Both the position numbers and the translations under genes were made by a program. A stretch of 64,000 bases of DNA from Dipteris shenzhenensis (lineage: Eukaryota). Within the stretch, counting starts at the first letter, position 1; every line of letters starts with the position of its first letter. The notes below the pieces were generated by a model. The model made no database searches and had not been told where the DNA came from. It saw nothing but the letters and a program-made list of their open reading frames with translations. The stretch lies in assembly GCA_047967505.1 (NCBI GenBank), contig CM106538.1, one strand, 5' to 3'. Positions 32,371 to 44,300 of this stretch are shown piece by piece.

Positions 32371-34592
32371 TGTTGGGATATCTCAAGGTGTATGCCTCAG
32401 GCACACCTTATGTTTCTATGTGTGAGTGCTAGAGGCACAGTTAGGTGCCCACAAGCACAGTTAGGTGGTGGAAAGCCACATAGGATGATTGAGAGAATCT
32501 AGGAGCAGATTGAGGAGATGATTGTGGAGCTCTGAAGTCATCAATGATGTCAGTGAGCATGTATGAGGTGCCTACTTAAGGACCTCACTCTTCTTCATTC
32601 TAAAAGCAAGTAATGCAAGTATTCTGAGTTTGTGTCCACTCTTTCCTTTCCTTTCAGCTTTCCAACATGGTATCAGAGCCATTTGATCCTCCTTGAGCCC
32701 ATTTCTACCACATCATCTTCTTCTTCTTCTTCTTCTTCTTCACCATCTCTCCCTCTTCTCCCAAAAATTTGCTTGAGCTTGTTCTCCTCCAATCCTCAAC
32801 CATTTCCCACGCCCTTTCTGCTAGAGATCCCTCTTATTAGGGCAAATTTCGGGCTGCAAGCAATTGGAGAATAACCCACTCTGCTGGTAGTCATTGCATG
32901 AACTTCATCGAACCTTCTTCCTGCAAGTTCTCTGCACCTGCTCTGTCTTTGTCTAATTCCTTTCAGGGCAAGCTTCTCCATACCTAGAGCTACCTTGTGC
33001 TGAAATCTGAGTAGCAATGGCTGCATATTGAAGGAGAAAACAGAGAAAAACCAGTCGACTTTGTTCAAGAAGGTGAAGGCAACCTGACGCATATTTTCGC
33101 CTCTTCTTCCAAGAGGATCTACTATGGTATACCAGCTTTCTTTTGCCTTAGAAAGCCCCCTTTCTTTTGCTTTGAAGAGTGTGATATGAGCCCTCTAAGT
33201 TCAGCTCTCTCTAGTTTTGAAAGTTTTGACATACTTTTGAAAATGATGCTACATAAAATGCTACTCTAGCATTTCTGGTCTTTTGAAGTTTTTAATAACT
33301 TCACTACAAGTGTTGCTTCAGTTTTGTTTTGACTTGCTAGACCTGGTTGTGATTGGAAAGTGTTTATTTCATTCACTTCTATGAAGCATGCAAAAAGTAG
33401 CATCATTGTTTGAAAACTAGTCACTACTATTTGCTACATCAAGTGCCTATACTTTGGAAGTATTTCAGTTCTTTTTGCCTTGTAAGAGAGAAGACACTGC
33501 CCAATACCTGGGTTAGACCCTCTCATGGCTTGCTTATGCAAAATATGTGAAAAGCCAAAACATAAAGCAATGTCTTGTTATGCTACAAAGGATGAAAATG
33601 TCAACCTAACTTCCTTGTTGAAGATTGCCAAAAAGGAAGCAACTACAAAGCTAGAGATCTACCCTCTCATGGCACTTTTATTTGACTCCAAGTACAAGAA
33701 AAAGATGAAGGTCAGATACCTAAGATATGCTTCTCTACACAACTATGGAGATGACAAGATAATTGTTCTCTTGAAGGATATGACTTTCAGATCCACTTGT
33801 TCTATCATAGTACCATCATCTTATAAGGCACTAGACACTGCCCATGTGGTAAGACCTTGCCTTGACATGGATATTTTGCCTCCACAAGATGAGGCATCCC
33901 ATGAAGATTATGCATTTTAAATCATCTCTATGTATGCTCCAGATCTCTCTTTTTATGTCAAGGTACTCAGCCTGGATAGTCCTCCAAAATGAATGAAAAT
34001 AAACTATTGTGTTTTGTGTGTTTTGTAAACACCTCTGGTCACCTTATGATGTAGGCCATGTGTATGTTTTGTTCCATGGTACCTCCTACAGACATTGTGT
34101 GCATGTACATGTAGGGGAGATAACCATTGGAAGGTCTGTTTGTATCCCTTTCTGTTTACCTTACACCCAAGGGAACCCTTGCTAGCATGAGAACCTAGCC
34201 ATAGATTAATCCTTGACCACCATGAGATGGCATGAGAAACTATGAGACTAGATGTATCCTTGACATAGCCTGAGGCATTTCCTTGAGGGGGGGTTTGTTG
34301 GGATATCTCAAGGTGTATGCCTCAGGCACACCTTATGTTTCTATGTGTGAGTGCTAGAGGCACAGTTAGGTGCCCACAAGCACACTTAGGTGGTGGAAAG
34401 CCACATAGGATGATTGAGAGAATCTAGGAGCAGATTGAGGAGATGATTGTGGAGCTCTGAAGTCATCAATGATGTCAGTGAGCATGTATGAGGTGCCTAC
34501 TTAAGGACCTCACTCTTCTTCATTCTAAAAGCAAGTAATGCAAGTATTCTGAGTTTGTGTCCACTCTTTCCTTTCCTTTCAGCTTTCCAACA
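32371..34592 (+). mobile_element. Non-autonomous LTR retroelement C (TRIM/LARD-like, 2222 bp), very young
   Basis: 297-bp LTRs at 32371-32667 and 34296-34592 with one visible mismatch; TSD gtaac at 32366-32370 and 34593-34597; PBS at 32668-32680; PPT gaggggggg at 34285-34293. Empty sites at 274-278 and 53055-53059. No PR/INT/RT motifs inside. Confidence 0.97.
33525..33920 (+). CDS. 131-aa protein with N-terminal CCHC zinc knuckle (CX2CX4HX4C) inside element C
   Basis: ATG-initiated uninterrupted sense ORF MACL-CKICEKPKHKAMSC-Y..., with a basic middle region. It is the longest ORF in the internal region. Confidence 0.55.
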   Translation: MACLCKICEKPKHKAMSCYATKDENVNLTSLLKIAKKEATTKLEIYPLMALLFDSKYKKKMKVRYLRYASLHNYGDDKIIVLLKDMTFRSTCSIIVPSSYKALDTAHVVRPCLDMDILPPQDEASHEDYAF

Positions 34593-36566
34593 GTAACTTG
34601 GGTCTTCTAGGAGAAGTTTATTCTCTTCCTACTTTCCCCTCGCTCTCCTATTTGCCCATTTGATTTATGGGTAGCCTTTCCAAGGGACACTTGAGTAAGA
34701 AGACCCTTCGATCCTTTGATTTTGACTTTGACCTGGATGGAGGTAGATGATTTTTCTCAACTTCAACCATTGTGTATTGCATATGGCCATAGAGCCTTGC
34801 TTTGATCAAATTGTCATGTCTAGTGAAGACCCCCACATCTTTTGTGGCTTTGTACATTGCATCAAGCCACAAGCCTCAAGTCGCCTCAAGTAGCATAACT
34901 ACTTGCTCCATAATGTTCCTGCCTATAGTTCTAGGCTGTACCGCCCTTTTCAAGTCATAAGCCTTGATGATTAGAAGGTTATCTCTATTTTCTATAGCTT
35001 TGTCTTTCCCTTGTCGTGAGTAACATGCATCATAGCTTCTTCATTCCACAAAGCCATGTGCAAATACATTTGCGAAAGACACAATTCTAAGATCTACTCC
35101 TTAGTGAGTGAATCTATTTTATTTTTTCCCATTCGAGATGGATTACTCCATGTCCTTAAATGCTGGATCAGAATGGTTTTAAATGCATAAGTTCCATCAA
35201 GACTGCACTTTTTATAAGCTCATGTAGTTTTGGCAAAAGTAACGACCTCCATCCTTAAAGCATGAGTGCAATGTCTTCATAGAAAGGACAAATGGAGCAT
35301 AGAAACAACAAAGTCTTCATCAGAAGACCAAAATTCATAAGCCTTAGATAACATGGAGCATATATGATCACACAATTCCATTTGATTTGATTTTGGATAG
35401 GTCATTTGAACCTACTCAAGAATAGCATCAATTTTGATTCAAATTACTACTTAGATTGGGACATGAGCTCATCTATAATAGTGAGTTGAACCTGAAACAT
35501 GTTGTGGAGGTAGCTCTATTGGGTCATTTTTTCCTTGGGTGTAGCCTTTTTTGGTGAGGTTCATGGACTTTTCTGTATATAGGTATCTTGCATGACCCAT
35601 AACTTATGCTTTGCTCAACGGAATTCAGCAAACTTTGTCTTCAAGTTGTAATACACATTCCAAACTTGAACATGAAAGGAAAAAATTATGTAATAAGAAT
35701 TTGGAACAAGACCGTAAAAGAATTACAAGTGCTATGTTTCTTGTGAAGCATGCATCCTGAAGACTATAGGATATAACAATTTATTCAAAAACATCAAAAT
35801 TTTATTCTATAGATACATGCAACCAAGTAATCATTCAAAAGTACACTACGTGAGCTTCTCCTCAACCCAAGGATGCACCTAAATGAGATCATTATGGATG
35901 GGTTAATGGGGCCTCCAATGTTGTGCTAAAGTGATGCATACCCATTTGGGGGCATGCTCCATAACTTTTTTTTGATTTGTTGAAAACCAAAACGGATTGA
36001 AAACTTGGAATCCAAACTATTAGGACAAGTGCATGGTGGTCTTAAAACGTTGATAGTTGATAGTATTGGTATCTAGATTCACCCTAAAATGGAAGAAGTT
36101 GGAAAGTGCAATTTGTGCATGTGAAAATATATTTTAATAAATCCGACACTATTTACAATTTTGAATTGTTTCTTTTTCCATGCACTTACTTGCTATATGG
36201 CTCATAAGCATGCCAAAGGTCATTGCATTTAATAATACACAACATCAAACCCGATCATGTGCCCTTTGGCCTATTTGTGTTTTGAAGCATTTTAGGGCAC
36301 ATTGCACTTGTTTGGGATATCCAAGTCTGCTGACGTGTATCACCGGAGGGGGAAAAACCAATGGCTTAAGTTTTGCTACCCCCGTGAATTTTGAATTTTC
36401 ACACCTCCCACCCATCAAATCTTGGAAGATTAAGTACCTGCAACCTGCCCCTGCCCTACAAATGCCCTACAACCCACATGCACCTCAACATGACCTTGCA
36501 AAGACTTTGGTTTGCCATTGTCTTCTTTCGGGTAAGTTGTCTTCTAATCTTTGATTGCCTTACCAG

Positions 36567-36824
36567 ATAGCTTCTCCAAGTCTAATCAAGAATGTGGATC
36601 TTACCTTTACTAAAAGGCCAAAAGTGATTTGTCAATGCAGAGTACAATATAGTTCAGAGCGCAAGAAAAGGAGAGGCAGCCTAAGTGCAGAAGTCATTGC
36701 TACAGTGATGACGTTTTGGCATGAAAATACGAGAGTTTCTCCAAATAGAAAGGAGATCTGTAAGAAGCAGACGGGATGCAAGGTCTTTGAGGAGCACATC
36801 ATACACATGCTAAATATAACGCAG
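36567..36824 (+). pseudogene. Transposase-like exon remnant, copy 2
   Basis: Near-identical to 2220-2477 (ORF 36555..36839). Confidence 0.5.
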
Positions 36825-37757
36825 GTTAGTGGTGCCTAAACTAGCCCGGTGGTTGTTTGTGATTCAGCTTTGGGATAGCTTACTTGTTTCATTTCTTAAA
36901 CTAGGCTTGGACTAAATGTGATTGTCCTAAACCAGCCTAGTGGTTGGAACATCATGCAACCGTAGGCTGGTTCAACTCACTTGCTAGCTATGTGATTGTC
37001 CTGAACCAGCGCATGTGGTTGAACATACATTAGTTGTTATTCAGCACGGTGGCATGGTCGAGCAAAAATTAATAGCAATATATTTCATAATATATTGTTA
37101 TTTTACTAAACCAACCCGGTGATTGGAACATCATGCAACCGTGGCTGCTTTGGCTCAATCAACAGTTATGTGATTGTCCTGAATGAGCATGGTTGAACAG
37201 ACATTACTTATTGACCAGCTCTCTGGTTGAAATTATTGTATTTCGTAGTACCTAAATTCATTAAATTTAATTTCCTACTATTCGGTTCATATACCACTGC
37301 TAAATTGTGAAATTCAGAAATGAAAAGCAATATATTGTTATTTTCTAATGGTGAAATTCAAAAATGAAAAGCAATATACTTGTTATTGTCTAATATGTGA
37401 AGTTGAGTCCATCAGGCTAAACCATCCCAGTGGTTGAAACTATGATAGTGTCCTAAACCATCCGTGGTTGAAATTGTGAGTGACTGCTCTCCTAAACGTG
37501 TCCTAAACCAAACCGGTGATTGAAATTGTGACTCTCCTAAACTAGCGCGGTGGTTGAAATTTGTTTTGCTTCATTATATACTTTAATTAGACACTGTGTT
37601 TTGTATTAAGTTTAGTAGTAGCAAAAAGGGGGCTCATTGTTCTGTTCTTCCTGCATGTTGGGTCAATAGACTGAATTGTATCTCAAGTTTATGGATCGGA
37701 ATCTAAACATTTCAATTGGGCAGAGGTGTTGAGAGTTCACGCTCAACATCATGTGAT

Positions 37758-39320
37758 CATGTGTGCATAACACCATCACGTGATCATATGTGCATAGCAC
37801 TAACCTTATAGAGTGCTATAAAGGAAAGGGTTAGATCCCCTAACCCTAACCCTAAAAGGGTTTGTATATATTCTATTTTTTGAACTAAATCTAGTGTACA
37901 GTTAGTCATTTGTGGTGTGCTCTCTAGATGTGCCCTCTCTCCTCATCTCCACTCTTCTCCTCTTCCCTCTTCATATTTTGTCATGGTATCGAAGCTCCCT
38001 TGCCTTTTGCTGAGGCATTGCCAATCTCGAGAGAGTGAGAGAGATTGTGAGATTGAGTGTTCTTTCACTTCCATTGAGAGATAGAGAAATTTCCGTCCAT
38101 TTGAGAGGAATTTCCATCCATGAGAGATTGAGAGATTTCTGTTAATCTCATTCCATTCTATTCATTCCTTCTTTAAGAGTTTCTATTCATTGGAGAGAGA
38201 AAGAGGGAGCGAGATTTCAATTGAGAGAGATTCACTCTGAGATATTGTGTGAAAGAGAGAGAGAGGTTTTGAGATATCTGTGAGAAAGAGTTCTTAGACT
38301 CCCTCAACGACTGCATACTTGAGGTGCATCAGCCCCTGTGTGCTCACCAAGTCTCCAAGGCTCTGACCTTGACTACATGCCTACAACAAATAAGGCTCTC
38401 TATGCATAGCCTTCTCAACGAGGGCTTATCCACGATGGCCTGCTTCTCCAAGCTTTGACCGGCCGGGCTCACGGGCTCATGGGCAATGCTTCAAAACTAC
38501 CCATGCAAGCCACCTCTCGAAAGCTTGTACAAAGCTGTGAAACATGTGTGCATAGCACCATCACGTGATCATATGTGCATAGCACTAACCTTATAGAGCG
38601 CTATGCAGGAAAGGGTTAGATCCCTTAACCCTAACCCTAAAAGGGTTTGTATATATTCTATTTTTTGAACTAAATCTAGTGTACAGTTAGTCATTTGTGG
38701 TGTGCTCTCTAGCTGTGCCCTCTCTCCTCATCTCCACTCTTCTCCTCTTCCCTCTTCATCTTTTGTCATGGTATTAGAGCTCCCTTGCCTTCCGCTGAGG
38801 CATTGCCATTCTCGAGAGAGTGAGAGAGATTGTGAGATTGAGCGTTCTTTCACTTCCATTGAGAGATAGAGAAATTTCCGTCCATTTAAGAGGAATTTCC
38901 GTCCATAAGAGATTGAGAGATTTTTGTTAGTCTCATTCCATTCTATTCATTCCTTCTTTAAGAGTTTCTATTCATTGGTGGAGAGAGAAAGAGGGAGCGA
39001 GATTTCAGTTGAGAGAGATTCACTCTGAGAGATTGTGTGAAAGAGAGAGAGGTTTTGAGATATCTGTGACAAAGAGTTCTTAGACTCCCTCAACGACTGC
39101 ATACCTGAGGCACATCAGCCCCTATGTGCTCGCCAAGTCTCCAAGGCTCTGACCTTGACTACATGCCTACAACAAATAAGGCTCTCTATGCATAGCCTTC
39201 TCAGCAAGGGCTCATCCACGACGGCCTGCTTCTCCAAGCTTTGACCCGCTGGGCTCACGGGCTCATGGGCAATGCTTCAAAACTGCCCATGCAAGCCACC
39301 TCTCCAAAGCTTCTACAAAG
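37758..39320 (+). repeat. ~785-bp tandem duplication covering the 3' part of the copia A LTR, the PBS and the leader
   Basis: catgtgtgcata(a/g)caccatcacgtg at 37758 and 38543; two PBS-like sites at 37984 and 38769. Confidence 0.92.
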
Positions 39321-41370
39321 CTTCCAACAAACAGGCCTACTTCCAACAAATGGCTCCTATATAGCAGAAGCCTCGGACGTCTCCAATCGGCAGTGCAGCT
39401 CTACATCGGCTCTCATCGACTCGACAACCTTCTACGTGGCCTTCTCTAGGCAACGCCAAGCTTCTAGCTCAGCAACTCTGTAAGCCGCGTAGTGCCTAGC
39501 TCCATATAGCCTGTATTCCTTATATCCGCTGTTACTCACTACGTCACCAGCCATCTTGTTGGTAATAATGAATCAAAGATGGTGAAGAAGAAGAGCAAGA
39601 CGATGAGCGGCATGAGTCACAATTGAAGCACAGCTCCATGGAATTGGTCTTGTAAGTTGTGCAATCTCCTGCAAGCTCAACCAACTCGACATACTTTGCC
39701 ACGGGATTCCCTTGAGCCTTGCATCGTCAATAGCCATGCTTTGGCCCAAAGTAAGGGCCCGCTCCTGGCAACACCTCTCCTGATGGCCCTTCCCGATAGC
39801 TTGCGGGATCCCATACCCTCTGATGCCATCGATACCCTACGCCAATCGAACTTTCAGCCTCTGCAATGACTAAGCAAAACTGCATCTCCAAGGCGCCATC
39901 TCCATCGTTCAGTCCATCGCCTCCGTCAACCAAGATACCTGCATCTCTTCTCTGAGAGAGAAACTGCCACATGGCAGATAAGGCCACGTGGCACTCTTCA
40001 ATCCCATCACCCACCTTAGCAAGGTAACCCAGCGTAGAGTAACCCTGGTAAAAAATGGATAAGGATGGTTAAGTGAACCCCCAGGCAAGTTAACCCAAGG
40101 CTGGGCTACTCAGCGAAGGGTGGTCAAAAATCAGCCACATGGCACTTATCCACTTGCCATGTCATCCAGTTGACATGTGGCAATCGATTGCCACATCATC
40201 AACCTTATCGTGCCACATCATCAAGGCAATCCTTATCTACCACGTCACCCCTGCCAGCTCAACAGGCCACATCAGCACAAACATGTCATCATCGACTCAA
40301 AGATTTCACTTGGCATATTGAGTGTATTTGCAATTGATTCATACAAATATCTTCACGACACTTTTGAGTACATTTCTTGCACCATGTCGACTAGCAACCT
40401 CAATCTAGAGGCATCTGCTAAGTTAGACAACTCCCATTATGATACATGGAAATACTGAATGGAGACCATTCTTGTACTTCAGGACAAATGGGAGTATGTC
40501 AATGGGTCTAACCTAGACCATTGGCCGATCCACCTACCAGTAGCTCTACTCCATCTCTTGTCATAGCACTAGCAATGGGATCTACATCTACACAAACAGT
40601 TTCCGCACTAGTAGCAGATCCTGCCATTGCCCGAGCTCAGGCAGAATGGGATAAGAAAGACAAGTATGCCTATCACTTGATCAAGCAGAATGTGCAAGAT
40701 GTAATGCTAGGACAACTCAACACAGTCAAGACATCAAAAGAAGCATGGGATATGGTCGCAGCTCTCTACGAGTCCAAGAACACATCCAGGATTCTCACCC
40801 TGAGAAACCAGATCAACCAGAGTTTCTGCAACAACAGTGAAACCGGTCATGCCTATGTACTCTGCAAAAAAATTACAACAATCAACTTGCAGCAGCAGGA
40901 GAGACTATGAACCCCGCAGAAATGGTTCAAGTCATTCTGAACAGACTAGGAGAGGGATACGAGAATGTCGTCCAGAGTATTGCCATCCAACGGCAAATTC
41001 TGATACTAGAAGAACTTTAATCAATCCTATTTGGTAAAGAACTTAGGACTCAGGCAATTCAAGCACGTAAAAGTCATTCTAATGATCAGGCATTCACAGC
41101 TTCAGACAGAAGCAGAGGCAACGGCAAAGGTAGAGGTAGATCATATCAAAAAAGTGGTCATCATTAGTAACAAAATCAAAGTCAGCATCAGCATCAACAT
41201 CATCCTCAGCAACATCAGAATCAACAAAGAGGAAATCATTCCAACCGAGGAAGATTTCAAGGATGAGGGAATGCATCCACCAACATGTCAAACATTCAGT
41301 GCAGCTACTGTCACAAGTTTGGACACTATGAAAGAGATTGCCACAAGAAGTAGTACGACCAAGGCGGTCA

Positions 41371-44300
41371 TGTGAAGATTGTGGGAGAGAGGGAAGGAGT
41401 CTCACTTGCGGCTTTCTCACATGCACAATGGGGGAATACACACGAAGGTGGAGGCTGAAAACAATTTTCCTCTTCTTAGTTGTGAAAGCCAAAAGAACTC
41501 TAGTACAAAGAAATAGAAGAACCCTATATGTGGGTCTCAAAACCAAACTCAACTAACTAAGGTGGCATACTAACTGAGCCACGAACTAGTGTAGATAAGG
41601 ATAGCTGTCATCCAGCTATTATTCGTGAGCGGTGTACCAACCGCATCTCCAGCTAACAAGTCGGTGACATAAATACACAACGGTCACCTTGGCATATCTC
41701 GCGAGTGGAGCTCGATATCTCAACACTCCCCCTCGAGCTCAATCCCAATTCCTGCACACCAAGCAGGTCTCTGAACTTGCGCAGCTTCTCTGCGCCCAAT
41801 GCTTTCGTGAAGATGTCAGCTACCTGATCCTCTGTGCTGACATAAACTAGATCAATAAGACCTAGTAAAACCTTCTCCCGCACATAGTGATAATGCACCT
41901 CAATGTGCTTTGTTTTGGCATGAAAGACTGGGTATGACAACTGGCCCATCTGTAGACTGATGCATATCATAGAGTAGCTTCTGCAACCAAGCTACCTCAC
42001 ATGCAGCCATTGTTGCACCCCTGTACTCAGTCTCTGTGCTCGACATGGCAACTGTAGGCTGTTTCTTGCTACTCCAAGTGACTGCAGCACTCCCAAAAGA
42101 GAACACATATCCACTGGTAGATCGTCTATTTGAAATGCTACCAACCCAATCAGCATCAGTGTATCCATGCAACTGTATCTGAACCCCAGCCTCATAAAAT
42201 AGTCCATACTGCAATGTGGACTTCACATACCTGAGTATGCATCTAGCCGCATCCAAATGCGGTTTCCTTGGAGCCTGCATAAACTGACTTACCAACCCAA
42301 CAGCATAGCTCAAATTTGGCCTGGTAAAAGTCATGTAAATCAAACTTCCTACTATGTGTCTGTACATAGTAGGGTCCTCCAGAAGCTCACCTGCATCTGC
42401 GCTCAACTTCACATTCTGCTCCAAAGGAACTGAAATAGGCTTACAGCCTGTCATCCCATATTTGGACAGCATGTCCAGTCCATACTGCCTCTGCAAGAGC
42501 TGTATCCCACTTGGTGATCTACTCACCTCAATGCCCAAGAAATAACGCAGCTCTCCCAAATCCTTCATCTCAAACTTCTGCCTCAGTAGCATTTTCACAT
42601 GAAGAATATCTTCATCACTATCACCTGTGATGATCAAATCATCAACATAAATGACTAGCAGCATAATCCCTTTCTCTGTTTTTCTCACATAGAGTGAGAA
42701 ATCTACCTTGGAAATCTGAAAGCCAATAGTGACAAGATACTGTCCTATCTTGTTAGACCATGCTCTAGGTGCTTGCTTCAAGCCATACAAGGCTTTCTTC
42801 AACCTGCAAACAAACTCAGGATGAATAGCATAAACATAACCTGCTGGCTGCTCCATAAAGACCTCTTCTTGCAAATCACCATGCAAGAAGGCATTCTTTA
42901 CATCCATCTGATGTAAAGACCATCCCTTTGATGCAGCCATAGCAATGGCTGCTCTTACGGTTGCCATCCTTGCAACCAGGCTGAAAGTTTCTTCATAATC
43001 AATGCCATATGTCTGTGCATACCCCTTGACAACTAATCTTGCCTTGTATCTATTCACAGAATCATCTGCATTGTGCTTGATCTTATAAACCCACTTACAA
43101 CCAATTGCATTCTTGCCTTTAGGCAAAGGCACCAATTCCCATGTAGCATTAGCATCTAAGGCATCCATTTCTTCATCCATGGCTTTCTCCCATTTTTCAT
43201 TTCCCATGGCTTGCTCAAAAGAAGTGGGTTCTGGTTCCTGTATCACTTTGACCATATAGGCATAGTGAATGGCTGTAAATCCATCATATTTCAGCCTATT
43301 CACAGGATACCTAACCCTGGTAGACCTGCGCAAAATAGGCTCACTTCCAGGTGCTCTCAAAACATCCCTGGTCTTCCTTACTCCAGGTGTAACAATAGAA
43401 GGAATACCCAACTCATCATCAATGCTCTGCTCTGAGCCACTGGATTCACCATCCACACAAGAGTGACCTGCATTCACATCAAACATGGGCTGATCTACCT
43501 TCTCTTTTCCTTTTCGTGATACCTGCATACCACTCTCTGCATTGCTTTGAGGGGATTCTCCTGATCTCAATCTGCCTGTCCACGGCGAAGTATGTGAACC
43601 ACTGGTAGAGGATACTCTAGGTCCACTGATATTTTGTGATTGCTGCTGTGCATTCTGTGCAGCATTACCATTTTGTGCATCTACGTCAATCATCACATTT
43701 ACTGGTTTATACCAGCTGCTCATCTCATCAAAAACAACATCTCTGCTCACTGTGAACTTACGTGTAGAAGGGTTATAGCATCTATACCCTTTCTGCTGCA
43801 GAGAATAACCAATAAAGACGCACTTCTCAGCGTTTGGATCCAACTTGGACCTCAACTCATCTGGCACATGGACATAGGCAATGCAACCAAAAATCTTCAG
43901 ATGAGAAATATCTGGTTTCCTACCAGTATACATCTCCTCTGGCGTCATGCCATGTATTGCTGCAGTGGGAGTCCTGTTCATTATATAGACTGTTGTAGCA
44001 ACTGCTTCAGCCCAATAATAATCTGGTAGATCTTTTTCATTTAGCATAGCCCAAGATACCTCTCCAATATGCCTATTTTTTCTTTCTGCAATTCCATTTT
44101 GCTGTGGGGTATGGCTGCATGAATATTGCTGCTTTATGCCATGCTCCTGCAAGAACCTTGCAAACTCATTTGAGAGGTACTCTCCCCCTCCATCTGACCT
44201 TAGGCATTTTATTTGCAGGCCTGTTTCTTTTTCAACTATAGCTTTGAAAGCTTTGAAGTGCCCAAACACTTCACTTTTCTTTTTCATAAAATACACCCAC

